Shown here piece by piece: positions 40,588-53,247 of a stretch of DNA of 64,000 nucleotides. The notes beneath the pieces were generated by a model. The model had not been told where the DNA came from and ran no database searches. It saw nothing but the letters and a program-made list of their open reading frames with translations. How positions within the stretch are numbered: the first letter of the stretch is position 1; each line of letters begins with the position of its first letter. Both the position numbers and the translations under genes were made by a program. Location of the stretch: assembly GCA_963693365.1 (NCBI GenBank), contig CAVNZM010000006.1, forward strand, positions 1,178,001 through 1,242,000, in the 5' to 3' direction. The stretch comes from Amoebidium appalachense. Lineage: Eukaryota > Protista > Ichthyosporea.

Positions 40588-42015
40588 CGATTGTTTTTAT
40601 TAGTAGATTATGGTATGGTCGTTTCTTTTTCATGACTTGGGCTGGGCTGTATACTGTTTTGTTGGGTAGCTCTGAGATCCTGAAATTCCAGGCATATGCT
40701 ACACAAACATGGCTGTGTTTTAAACACGGCGGCATGCCAGTACTCCAATAAACTGGGATCAACATTGTAGTTGGTGGGTCACACGCATAGGTCTGTGCGG
40801 GCTCCAAGGTTAGCCGCCTGCCTACAGCCTGCTTAGTGCTGCAATTGGGTTATTCGACTTCGTGTGATTGGACCCGTGTCACTGACGGTGTATATGTGTG
40901 TTTGTGTGTGTGTTTCAATTTTAATTTACCTTTTGGGGGGGGGATCGATTGTTTGAAAGAATATTGAGTACGTATGACTATATGTGTGTTTCTTTCCGAA
41001 GTTCTCCTTGTTCTTCCTTTTTTTGGTTTCACTGACTAATCAGCAACGACCTCAGCGAGGCTCCGCCTCTCGTGAGGGGTGGGTGGGAGGGGGGGGGGGG
41101 GGTCGTTTTTTCCCCGAAATATTTGGGGAAACTTCGAAACTTTGAGGTGGGGGTTTTTTGGGGGTGGGATCGGGAGGAGGGGGGGGGGGGGGGGGATCTC
41201 AGAGACCAAAATGGTGTACACAGTCTCGTTCGGCCTCTCAGTCTCTCTCATTCGGATCCCCCTCCCTCCCCCCCCCCCCCCCCCCCCCCCGGCCTTTCAA
41301 TATAGCCGCTATAGGTAGAGCTTACCCTCACAATGTCCTCCATGGCTCAAACCCCGCGACATGCACACATGTACTTACACTTCCATAATGCTATGCATAC
41401 GGTATGGATAAGAGGTCAGCCACATCCAGCAGGCTGCCGTCGATGGTATGACTCCCGGCATACATAAATCACACACACATTCGGCCTGCACTAATATTTG
41501 ATGCCTATATGCTGCGGTAACGGTGGCGACTGAGTACCGGTGTGCCTGATAGGCCCCAAGTGGGGCGCGTGGCAGCAGCTTTACATGAAAAGAACAATAG
41601 CTTTAAATTTCATTCGGTCGCTTTTATTTCAAGATCGTTACCGTGTACTTACAGACTTTGTTTATGTACCTTGTATGTACCTGTCATGGTCAAGGGTTGC
41701 GATATCAAGTAGGCTGTAGAACCCCTTTGCTAACGGAAAAGGCCACGTACATCTAAAGATGGATTACACACCGCACATCATTGAATGGTGCAATACTGGC
41801 ACATACAAAAAACAAACTTTGCACAAGTTAGGCTTTTGAGAAGCTAGCATTTACGTGCGTGAACAGTAAAACGGTGTTAAGAGTCACTGCCGGTAACGAA
41901 AAGTTGTCCTCGGAAGAAGACATGTACAGTGAGAGTTTGGTACCAAACAAAAACGACAAAAACAACTCAAAAGGTCCTCAAACTGATCCAACACGACATC
42001 TTTCCCCACCAAACC

Positions 42016-42522
42016 TTACAGCTCCCATTCGACCTTTCCCTTCTTTCCACACTCCTCACCGCAAGCACTCTCACAGGCAGGGGGCACTGAAGGGGTGACC
42101 GTGGCTGCAACATCAGCAGCAGCCTGTTCCACGTCGGCATAGCTCGAGCAGCGACAAGCATGTGCCTTCTTCCCACAACACGACTTTTCGGCCTCATCCG
42201 CTGCCGCCTGCTCAATGTCGGCGTAGGAGGAGCACACACACATGGCTGGCCTCTTCTTGCAGCAGCTCTTCTCCGCCTCGTCAGCCAACATGCCTTCCAT
42301 GTCGTCGTATTCGCTGCACAGACACGCACCACCGGTCTTTGGCTTCTTGCAAACTCCACACGCTCCAGCTGCGGCCATTTCTATGTCACTGTAGCTGCTG
42401 CACTTGCACACGTACATGTGCACTGGGGGTGTGACAGCATTTGCAGCGGCTTGTTCGATGTCTGCGTAGGAGGAACACACACACATGGCGGGTTTGTGTG
42501 TTGGGGCTACAGCAGCGGCCAT
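42016..42522 (-). CDS. Cys-rich repeat protein, 168 aa, five CxCSxYxD[IMV]E units; metal-binding candidate
   Basis: Uninterrupted ORF with C/G-ending codons. Repeats are conserved at protein level with synonymous differences. AAAAATGGCC start context directly after a CTGCAG acceptor. 19 Cys; no signal peptide. Confidence 0.85.
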   Translation of the reverse strand: MAAAVAPTHKPAMCVCSSYADIEQAAANAVTPPVHMYVCKCSSYSDIEMAAAGACGVCKKPKTGGACLCSEYDDMEGMLADEAEKSCCKKRPAMCVCSSYADIEQAAADEAEKSCCGKKAHACRCSSYADVEQAAADVAATVTPSVPPACESACGEECGKKGKVEWEL

Positions 42523-43739
42523 TTTTCTGCAGTTTTGATCACGAAGAGGCTTTATGACAACAAAGGGAGGTCACACAATTTTCGTAGAACGTTATGCGTT
42601 AAAGTGGGTTGGTGCTTTAGTTGCATGTAAAAAAATAGAATGCTTTTCGTTTCTGACTGTTTCAAAAGTTTGACAAGTGTGCGGTTGACGACGCAGTTTT
42701 ATGAGGTTGGACGCCTGTGCAGAAAATGCTGGACTTCCGACAGTAAACAGAGAACGCTGGTAAATACTCGAACCTTCGACCGTCAAAGCAGCGTGATGAT
42801 AAACGCATTTAATATTTTTACATTAAGTTTTTAAGGAACAGATGTTTGTAACCGTGGTCTTTCTTTTTACGCGGATTATGCCCTACCAACAATACCACGA
42901 AGGAAGCAAGATTTGATTACTTCGAAAATCCAAATTCATAATCAAAAATGAATCATAAAAAGTTTTGCTTGATGGAAATAATACACTGCGAAAGGTATTC
43001 AAATGGGATGAACGTGGGAAATCTCCCATTACCTGATTAAAATGCAAGCTTTAACATTAAAACGATCAGTTCAAAGATTTAGCCGCTTTCAAAAGTGGCT
43101 CAGCTTATCACCGGAATCAGAGGCGCATAGATCCACCAATGGTATCTAGACCGCGAAGAGCCAATATTGCCGTTAGACACAGAAAGGACGTTGTAATCGG
43201 TCAAACCGTGCCATGATTCACTGCAAAGCTGACTACATAATCCATATATGGGCTGGTACGGTGTGGCGGCCTGGCGCCGCTCGATGCTGCCTTGAGCGTT
43301 CTCTTCTTATAAACCTTCGAACTCTACTCTTGAGAAATGGCTACAGAAACGTGTAGGACCTTCACATTAATATTCTCTTAACAGAGAGAAATGTGTCATA
43401 TACACCCACGTGATAAAACTACAGTCTGCCTTCCGGCGGTGCAGCACACTGGTTTGCTTGTAACAAGTCATATTATGCATCTCTCTCCCCAAATCTTCGC
43501 GGTTACAAGCGCAGAGGCCAGTTCTTATTTAGATACCGCGGTCCTGCACGAGCCTGTTATCAAAATTATTCACGATGTGATTGGGGCGAGGGAAAAGTTG
43601 CAGTGACAGCCCCTGAGTAGATGAGTGCCAAAGCCCATGTGTTCGGTACCAGCCCGCTGTAGGCTATAGTTTTAAGCTAGCTGCGTCGACGTCTAGCTAG
43701 CGCTGATCTGCCAATTTCGCTGCCATGACATTAGGCTGC

Positions 43740-44090
43740 TACAAGTAGGTCTGTGCGCCGGCTGTCGCCGGCGCCAAAACATAACAAGACAGTTATAGAT
43801 GTTGGGTTGTGTGGTTGTTACCCTCCCCTCCCCCCTCCCCCCCGGGCCCCCCCCTCCCTGGCCCCCCCGCCTCACGCTCCTCCCCCCCCCCCCCCCCCCC
43901 TCCCCCCCCTGCCCCCCCCCGCCTCACCCCCCCCCCCCCCCCCCCCCCCCCGCCGCCAATCCTGCAGTTGCCGGATCTGCCAAATGTTATGACCCTTTTC
44001 CCTTTCATTTAAACCCCCCCCCCCTTTCTTGCCCCCCTCCCACGGGGGACCCTGGGCAGTGGCGGCGGTAGCACACTTATGTATTCCCCC
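43740..44090. repeat. Dispersed ~350-bp C-run-rich repeat, copy 2
   Basis: Matches 19300-19662 in the same orientation. Confidence 0.9.
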
Positions 44091-44100
44091 CCCCCCCCCC

Positions 44101-44133
<33 letters not shown>

Positions 44134-44964
44134 TCGAAATTGCAAAGTGAGGGGATGGGTATGAGCAAATGATGGTGGGAAGTGATGGGAGTGGGGCCAG
44201 CCCAAATAAGTTAAATTTATTTATTTTGCCAGAAGGAGGCAGCCTGTATGGTAAATATGCACAGCTAAGTAGGTAAACCTACCCCCCCCCCCCCTCCCCC
44301 CCCCTCCGCCTTCCCCTCCCCCTTCAAACCCCCCCCCCCTTCCTTCCCCCTGCTAAGTCACCCCCCCCCCCCCCCCCTCCCCCTGATGCCCCCTGCGTCC
44401 TTCATCTCAAGGACCAGAATATTTATGACATGGTGGTACCAAAAGCAGTGAATGATGGTATGGGAAGATCATTCAGTGGTATGGGGAGAATCTGATGCAG
44501 CGGCGGCTGATTGTTTGGTGCGCGCGTGCATGCTCCATGCCTCTGCGTACTCTTCATGTTATATGTTGGATTGCTTCTTGCTGTGTGCTTGGCGAGACCC
44601 ATGTTGCCTGCTCGCGTGTGTGTATGCTTAATATGTATTGTGAGTAAAGGTGTGTACGTGTTGTTGTGCTGTAGGGGTGTCTGAGGTGGCAGTAGCCAAT
44701 GGTGTGGAGTGGGTGTAGCCTGTGGGGGGAGGGAGTGTTGTGATTGGCTGAATGTCACTGTGGTATTGGTCTGGCCAGTGGGCCGCGTGTCTGTGAAGTG
44801 TCTCGCGGGGTCGCGGGCTTTTCGAAGTTCTTCTGAGAACACGTTTTGCTCGCTTCCCACCCAACTCAAAGAAAAGTTTATACGTATACACAGTTTCAAG
44901 CCCCTTTAAGCGTGCAGTTAGTTAGAGTAGTTCGTATACACGCTAGGACGTAACACGACAGCCC

Positions 44965-46471
44965 CCTTTGGCCGTCTTACCACTTGCGGACGAGCGGCGG
45001 TTAATGGAACATTAACACCCGGTTTTTCCCGTTCTCGGGGTCTCCTGCAGGGGTCCCTCCTGAGTCCGTTGTTGTTTGACGTTTTCATTGACGATTTAGC
45101 CTGCGCCCTCGAACCCTTTGGCCAACTGCATACCCACCGTGTACCGGGTCTCCTTTTTGCGGACGATATTGTTCTTTGTTCCTTAACCGAAGATGTCATG
45201 CACCAGATGCTTCGTCAGGTGGGTCAATTATGGTGCACCGAGAATCTCATGACAGTCGGAACTAAGTGTGCTACTTTTTCGAGAAACGCTTCCTTTCGAT
45301 TGGCCGGTCTTCCTGTTCCTGTTCAGAGCACCTATGACTATTTGGGTATTCCTTTTCAGTTACTGCACGGGATATTGATTTACGCAAGCTCCTCACGGCA
45401 GGGATCACTCGTGCGAAGGGTAAGCTTCACATCGTGTCAAATATGTTTCAACCGTTACGGGAGTCTGTGATCCATCCTGCGAACCTTCTCTACTATAAAA
45501 CTTTTTTACGGCCGACTTTCGAATATGGACTTCCACTATTGGCCTGCGCCCCACCTCGCGAGGCGGCCGTGGCGCTGAAAGAGTTCGACGATTTTCAGGG
45601 TACTGCGCTGCGCACTTTGTTTCGTACTCGGTTTCACGGTGCCTCCCTTAATCAGTATGTTTGGATTGTCGTCTGCTGTTTGTCGTATGGAGGAATTGTC
45701 TCTTCGTTTTTGTTTTCATTTAGGTAGGATACCTGATGGTCACCCTCTTTATGCTTTCTTTCCCCCCCCTCCCTCCATCCCTCTTCCTCCCCGATTCACC
45801 AACGCTACTTCTGAATGTCCTCAGCCTACCCTCTTTCAACCCGATTCTTCCTCTCGCTATCTCACTCCCTCTTTCTTTTCTCTTCCTGTTTTTTCTGCCT
45901 TTTTGCGTTATTACCATACGCAGTATAAGTTTCTTTCTCGTTCTGATAGAGAAATCAAAGGTAAAACTCAATCGGCATGTGTTATGTTCCTTAGGCAACA
46001 CCGTACTGATCATTATCGCTTTTTGGGAGCTTTGGCAGGATACATTTCTCCTGCTGTACGTATGGATACCACCCTAGTAGATTGAAGTCTGTATGGTGCT
46101 CTGATGTTGATATTGCCTGGGAAGTTGTGCAGTGGCGTTGTAATTCTTGTTTTCATCGCCGCTGGTGCCACTTTTGTGCTGAACTTTTTAATCGCAAGCA
46201 TGTTGATAGGTGTGAGTTTTTATGTTGCGCTTTACCTCTTTCCCTACGGGTGTCTGCTACCCTAGCTGGCAATGTGAACACTTTAGACTTTTTGTTGAAT
46301 TCTGTTGGTCGTCACATTGAGTATTTGTATGATTTTCACACAGTGTTTAGGTATCTCAGTATGCACTTGTTACTGGATAACTCGTGTCAAGTGTTTTTTT
46401 TTATATTGTCTTCTCAGTATGCCGTGCATACTTGCAGATCTTTCCGTCGAATAAATCCAGTCAAAAGAAAA
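44965..46471 (+). mobile_element. Degenerate 5'-truncated LINE (family B)
   Basis: GLLQGSLLSP and LFADD motifs and CHFCAELFNRKHVDRC with multiple frameshifts. Ends AATAAATCCAGTCAAAAGAAAAA. Closely matches the reverse complement of 20685-22152 plus 19020-19099. Confidence 0.92.
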
Positions 46472-46524
46472 ATATTTCAGTGAAAACTGGAATTGGCACC
46501 CCTCCCCCCCCCCCCCCCCCCTCC

Positions 46525-46559
<35 letters not shown>

Positions 46560-47747
46560 AAATGTTCCCGAACATAAAATCATCAGTCTACGGTGTCTGT
46601 CAATATACCATGCTCACAAGTCAGTACTGCAATTATACTATTCTCAGTTTACTTCAAAGCATCCCCCCCCTCCCCCCTCCCCCCCCCCCCCCCCCCCTCC
46701 CCCCTCCCCCCTCCCCCCCCCCCCCCCCCCGGGGCCCCGGGGGGGCGAGGTAGGTCTATACGAAGGAAGCCCTAGGTATAGGGAGATCGGATGATAATCG
46801 GCTAAAAAAATACAATAATTGATAATAATTTACAAAAATAAAAAACATAAACCCAATAACCATAACCCTATGTGTGTCTGGGCCCTAAATGGGGGGGCTG
46901 CCGCCCCCCCAACCCCCCGCTAAATGGGCCTGACGGCCCCTTTATGTCGCTTGGGGATCGAATCGTTCTCCCCTGATTTACGTCATCGGATCGTGTTTTG
47001 TCCAATCAGGTGCGCGGGGACTTCCGGCGTATGGACTTAAGTGACTTCAAACCACCTGCTGCTTCACTGGCTATGTCATTGACCAGATAATCACCGAGAA
47101 GCTCGAAGGTCGGAGACGTCCGAGTCGGGCAAGATAGCATCATTTGACCAGGTAGATAGGAGAAGGCTTTAGGCCTTAGGGCTGTGCCCACTTTTTACTT
47201 GTTCTCCCTATATTCCTAAAAACAGAGTTTGCCTCGGCCATTGATTTTTTCTCTTGTACATAAAGGAGTGAGCAGCCAGGCTTCTCCCTCCCATGCAATT
47301 GGCCGGTTACCTACCACCTACTGAGGTGGTGCCTTATTTTCCTTCCTACCTCAGCAGAAATGTCTCGCTAGTAATGACAATGCTTATCTGTGTACACGAA
47401 ATGACTGCTGGGAATTCGAAGAAGGAAGGCTGCGAAGAAAAAAGACCGCGCGGGCTGCGAAGAAGAAAGGAAAAGCCGCCGTCGATAGCTCAGAGATGGC
47501 GCGTGACACAGTCAGTACGTCTCAGGCCGGTTACCCATTCCCTGGATCCGTGTAGCACAGCCCCGACGCCTGCAGGCAGGCCCAGATCCAGGCAAGCGGC
47601 GTGGGCGTGTCTACACCGTGGTGCCCATGGCTTCATAAAACGAGATTTCAAACTCCGCGGGTGCAGGCGACCCTAGCGCTGCGCGGATGAGGGGTGTGCA
47701 CGGAATTGCTTTGTGCATGTGTGTCTGGGTGGGTAGGGGTGCACATG

Positions 47748-47897
<150 letters not shown>

Positions 47898-48010
47898 GTG
47901 AGGGGGGGAGGTGTCTGTGGGTGAAAGAGAGGCGAATGGCATGTAGTGCGCGCGGAGACGTCGACGGGGCAGTGTTCGTTGCGGCCCGCTCTGCCTTGAC
48001 CTCTGACCAC

Positions 48011-48077
<67 letters not shown>

Positions 48078-48119
48078 GCAACACACATACACACACACAC
48101 ACACACGCACACACACACA

Positions 48120-48204
<85 letters not shown>

Positions 48205-48838
48205 CGTCACACACACACACACACGCACACACACACACAGACACACACACACACAGACTTTGAACATTGAGCTTTTTGTTGCCTTCCTAATTGCGCGTGC
48301 CATATACGCACTGCCTTTTGCGAAACGCGTCGTGAGAACGTCACAGAAAAGTGCATGTTCGTGTGGGCCACTGGGGGCCAGCGGCAGCCGGCAGGGTCAC
48401 ATATCTTGACCGAGTCCAGCCTGTTCCAGGGTGTCAAAGATTAGCTGATTGGCTTATTTTGACAGCGCAATTGCTTCGCCAATCAGATCACCTCATTCTA
48501 TCCCTTGGCATGCGTTTCTGAAAAGAATGTGCGGGGTTGAGATCGCACAGGGGGTTTGAACGGAACAATTTACGCTAAATCGGAGATTGAATGATTATCA
48601 TTGAGTCACCTTTACCGTTTTTGTATTCAAGTTGTTGAGTGATAAAAATTCTTAACAGCTGTATATATATGTTTTTATATACTTAAATTGTTTGTGATTG
48701 TTAAAAAATCACACTAAAATAGGGATTTTATTACAAATACATTATTATACATACCGAATCACCAATTGTACATTTCTGGAAGTTGAGTAAACCTAAACAA
48801 TGTAATGGTATAGTGTGATTCAGCCATGAGCTTTGGAG

Positions 48839-48845
48839 TATAAAA
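48839..48845 (+). promoter_or_regulatory. Putative TATA box
   Basis: TATAAAA ~160 bp upstream of the ATG at 49003. Confidence 0.45.
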
Positions 48846-49002
48846 GCCTTGTGTCACTTAACGTGCCGTTCACCTTTGCCCCATCACGGTGTTTCTCTTT
48901 CCCCATTTCACCCCAACGGCCACACAGAGTGGCGCCCACCACCACTTCTCTCCTCCTCACTAATCACCACATTTCCTTTAAATCATAATACCCTTTTCCA
49001 AT

Positions 49003-51197
49003 ATGTGGGCTAGTCTTCTTACTGTAGTGGGCTGCATGGCTGCCTCTGTGCTTGGCCATGCAGGCAACGTGGCACTGCTACCCGCACACGCTCTTGTCAA
49101 CGTCACAACTGCTGCCGGCCGGTCCTTCATCACCATCCGCTTGAAGAGTATGTCAACCCCATACTCTATGGCTGTGGTCCCCTGCATTTTTTCATATTTT
49201 CCTTCCCCATTGGCACTGTCCAATCTACATCCTGGCTTACAAACAGCTCTGTTGCCTTCCAGATCTCACCATATGGCTTGAGCGTTCTCAGTTTCTCAAC
49301 CCCACCACCTTCCTCCTCTCCCTCCCTTCCTGTGTTTCAATTACTCAACCCCATAACCTTCCCCCCCTCCAGTCCCGCTCTCCCCTCTCTCTCTCCCCCC
49401 CGCCCCATTTCCTGCTGTCGTTCAACTTTCTACGTTCTCTACCTCCTTTTCTTTGTGCACGTTGGACAGTATGGCATGTTGTAAAAGATTCTTACCCTCC
49501 CCTTCCCCCCCTCCAACAGACATAGCCAACGACAAATATCTTGCGTACGACGACCTTGTGACCGTCCACGAGCGCCGTGTGCATGTTATGATAGTGGGGG
49601 AGGACTTGGAGCAGTATTCACACGTGCACCCCGGTGACTTCCCACACCTCAACCCCCCTGCCGACCTGGATGCTGGCTACTTCCGTGTGGCCGTATCGTT
49701 TGTCAAGAGTGGTCGCTATCTGCTGCGTATTGATGCAGACACGACGGACGAGCGGGCCATCACCAAGCATGTTTACTATGATCATAACGAGCCGGGTGGG
49801 TGCCCCGGTCATTCTTAGCCCCGTGTTTCCATTCATATCCACACCTACTCTTTCGTTAGCATTCACCTTGAGTGGCAGTGCGTGAGTAGGGGTGGGGGAA
49901 AGCGGGTTTAGGAGGAAGAGGAGGGGTTGAGGGGGGAGGGAGGGGGGGAGCCCAAGGGGGGTAGGGGGGGAGAATACGTGGAGCCTCTCCTTTTTTGAGG
50001 AATGTATCCATCTTACCGGTCCTGACTCTGCCCTCCTTGCAGGCCTACCCCGTATGACTCCCTACCCAACCTATGCTGAACACTCCACGCCTGCCACGGT
50101 CACCTACATGTATGGGGTGGACAACGAGTTTATCCCCGGTGTGCCTGAGCGCTATATTGCCACGGCTAACCTGAAGTCCCTCGAGGATCCAAATAGCATC
50201 GACAAAACGAAGGTGGGTTTCACGTTCATACCAGTGTAAGGATGGGTCTGGGTTGTGGCGGAAGGTGATTGTTTTCATTGGACTCAAGGATGCACTCCCT
50301 CTTCCTCCTCCGCCACTTCCAAAAGGATTTTGGTGAGTGGAGGGGAAAGGTGGTGAGTGAGGAAATGGGGGGGAGGAAGGGGGGGTAAGGCATCGCTGAA
50401 CGAATCTGGGTGACTCCTTCCCCGAAGGAACAGCTTCGCTGTATGCTGGTTGTATTCGTGTTTGCATGCCGTAATATCTGTTGCACGACTCTGTGTAGTC
50501 TAAAACCTCCCCCCCTCCCCTTTCCCCCCGCCCTCCAAAAAAAAATATAAAAATAAAAAATTACCGTCTCCATATTCTGCCACTGTACTGTTTGTCCTCC
50601 TCGAGATTTTAGAGGACATCCCGTCGAACCGTGAGCCAATGCGCGTAATCCAACACCACTTAATACATTCCCCCCCTTTTACAGGTGCTGTACCAAGCGA
50701 CACTGTCTGTAGACAGCAAGAAGGATCTCGTAGCCAACAAGGAATACACCTTCCGCATTCACTACCGCCGCCAGGTGCCCTGCAGTGCATACACCGTGGG
50801 GGACCAAACTATGGCCATGTGGGGCAACCTGTGTTTCAAAGACATGAACGCCCTCACCAGCATTCTCGGTGCACCCATCCACATCATGATTATCCGCGAA
50901 TGTCTGGCAGGCACACAGCACGTACATGGGTACGTGCCTGCAGGTGGCTCCGGCGAGGAGGAATCGCACATGAATATGCGCAGAAATTCAGACGGGGGGG
51001 TCGTTATTCGCCAGCTCCGTCACACTGGGGAACATGACGAGATGGTTAAAACCCCCACCCCCAAGATTTTCCCCACGGCAGACCTTGCATTCCCCGTGTC
51101 GTTCAAGATTGAGGGTCGGTACAAGGTGGTGGCAGTCACAAAAGATGCTGATGGTGAGAGGGCCATCCTTACCTCCCACACAGTCGACGTGCTGTGA
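49003..51197 (+). CDS. Secreted His-rich two-domain protein resembling bacterial YtkA-like/heavy-metal-binding proteins, 367 aa
   Basis: Phase-consistent exons 49003-49147, 49520-49795, 50043-50212 and 50685-51197. Signal-peptide-like N-terminus MWASLLTVVGCMAASVLG-H. Domain 1: HERRVHVMIVGEDLEQYSHVHP...F-x2-SGRY. Domain 2: LGAPIHIMIIRECLAGTQHVHG...F-x2-EGRY. Family call is from motif recall, not a search. Confidence 0.8.
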
Positions 51198-52171
51198 ACA
51201 TCCTGCCCCAATCCCCCCCTCCACCCCCCCCAAACACACACACACACATGTACACACACATACACACACAAATGCACATGTGCACGTGTGCATGCACGCA
51301 CACACGCACACAAACACACACATGCATGCTTATGCACTTCTACCCTGTTCACCCACACTGAGCATTCGTGTTGTCAAATATTCAAACAGGTGCACACTCA
51401 AGTGTCTTTAAGATGGTGTATGATGAAATTGATCCGATTATTGAAATTAGGCTAGAATGATGTCAGACTGCTAAAAAACTAAAAGAATCCATTTCAATTT
51501 GGGTTTGCAGTACCACTCACTTTCAGCATATCGTTTTACATATTTTATTTGGCAAATAGATTGTATGCGGGAATGAATGCCAGATAGCCTTTCTACTAAA
51601 ATATATCTACTACAGAAACATGCAAATTTGGTAAAACCCCCGCCTAGATATGCCGTGCAAACCTGATGATTGTGTTTGGCTGAAAGAATGAATTGGCACT
51701 GCAGCAAAATCTCTATACCCACCATGTGTGAATGTGCAAAACAATTTTAGTTTTGTTATCGAATTGGTCGTGGTTAAAAAGAAGGACGGGAAATGTGTGG
51801 TGTGGGAGAAGAGATGTGTAACCCATGGGCTGGGCCCTGTATCATACAAGCAGTCTGTACATAATGGCCGAAGATGAGAGTCTGACACTGGTGTGGTTTG
51901 ACACCAAAATAAATGTAATATATTCGTTGTTTCCTTCGTTAAGCTTAACTTGAAAACATTTACGTATGCTTATGATCGTTGTTTCATCCCCCTGTTAGCT
52001 CCGAAGGATCTTCCTGTGTTTTGTCCGGCCCAAACCGAACCTTACTATAATGTTTTGTTTTTTTTGCCCTTTTTTTTTGGTCACGGGTGGTGGTGGGGTG
52101 GGGTGGGTGCCAATGGGTAGCTGGCGGTCGGGGGTTGGTGTGTGTTTTGCCCGAGCGGGGGCGGGGGGCAG

Positions 52172-52202
<31 letters not shown>

Positions 52203-52220
52203 ATGTACATGCATGTGGGG

Positions 52221-52517
52221 GTGTGTGGTATTTACATAACTTGATGAGGTGTGGTACTTACATAACTTGATGATAGGATGTGTGGTACTTACATAACTTG
52301 ATGATGGGGTGTGTGGTATTTACATAACTTGATGAGGTGTGGTACTTACATAAGTTGATGATACGGTGTGTGGTACTTACATAACTTTATGATGGGGTGT
52401 GTGGTATTTACATAACTTGATGAGGTGTGGTACTTACATAAGTTGATGATATTAGGGTGTGTGGTACTTACATAACTTGATGATGGGGTGTGTGGTACTT
52501 ACATAACTTGATGATAG
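52221..52517. repeat. Minisatellite, 10 copies of a ~26-32-bp unit
   Basis: Core GTGTGGTA(C/T)TTACATAA(C/G)TTGATGA with short variable linkers. Confidence 0.95.
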
Positions 52518-52613
52518 TAGCACATGCTCATGGGTTCGGTGACCAATGACGGCCAGGAGTAACTAAAGAGGGTGCATGAGGTGCACTGCAAGTCCCCGGG
52601 GAGGGGAGGGGGG

Positions 52614-52684
<71 letters not shown>

Positions 52685-53247
52685 GAGGGGGGGAGGGGGG
52701 GGACATCTAGCTAATAATGGTAGGAGGCACGGGAATTTTCTGGACTTCAAACGACTATAATAAGCTAATGCATAAATACACAAGCACCCATGCATCTGCC
52801 ACACACACTGTGTCTTGGCTATAGGCATGTGACTGCAGACTATGTCTATACTAAAACATGAGCTCGAAAAGCACAAAAGGAATGACTTCAACCCATGGAT
52901 TTGTAACCGGGACCCCCCCCCCCCCCCCCCCCCCCCCCCTTCCCTGCCCCCAAACTCCCCGGCCTAATTGCTCTTTACTTACTGATCCTCACTTCCCCCC
53001 CCCTCTCCTCCCCCCCCCCCCGGGGCTCTTACCCATTGCGCACCATCGATAAGGCTCCCCCGTCAGCCGCTAACATTGTACACGTGTAAACTGGAACCCT
53101 TCCGAAACATGGGCCCTTATCTTTTAAGTGTGACCTAAATATGGTTTTGATTTGAAAAAACAAAACGAGAACGGTTCGCTGACCATTGTTTAACACAGAA
53201 ACGATTCACTAGAATTTTCATGACTCAGAAAATAACCAAAATTTAAT

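Noticed and set aside
42016-42036. C-terminal VEW as a CIA-targeting (Fe-S client) tripeptide
   Set aside because: That signal needs a terminal aromatic residue; here W is followed by EL before the stop.
42760-42800. tRNA T-loop/B-box-like GGTTCGA words (here on the minus strand, also at 14661 and 59719)
   Set aside because: No cloverleaf stems or A-box at the right spacing; no tRNA or rRNA gene is supported in the window.
46850-46870. Telomere-like TAACCC words
   Set aside because: Only two or three degenerate copies, not an array.
52221-52517. CRISPR-like repeat-spacer appearance (also 62512-62632 and 53248-53490)
   Set aside because: Linkers are only a few bases or are themselves homologous, there are no cas genes, and the context is eukaryotic.
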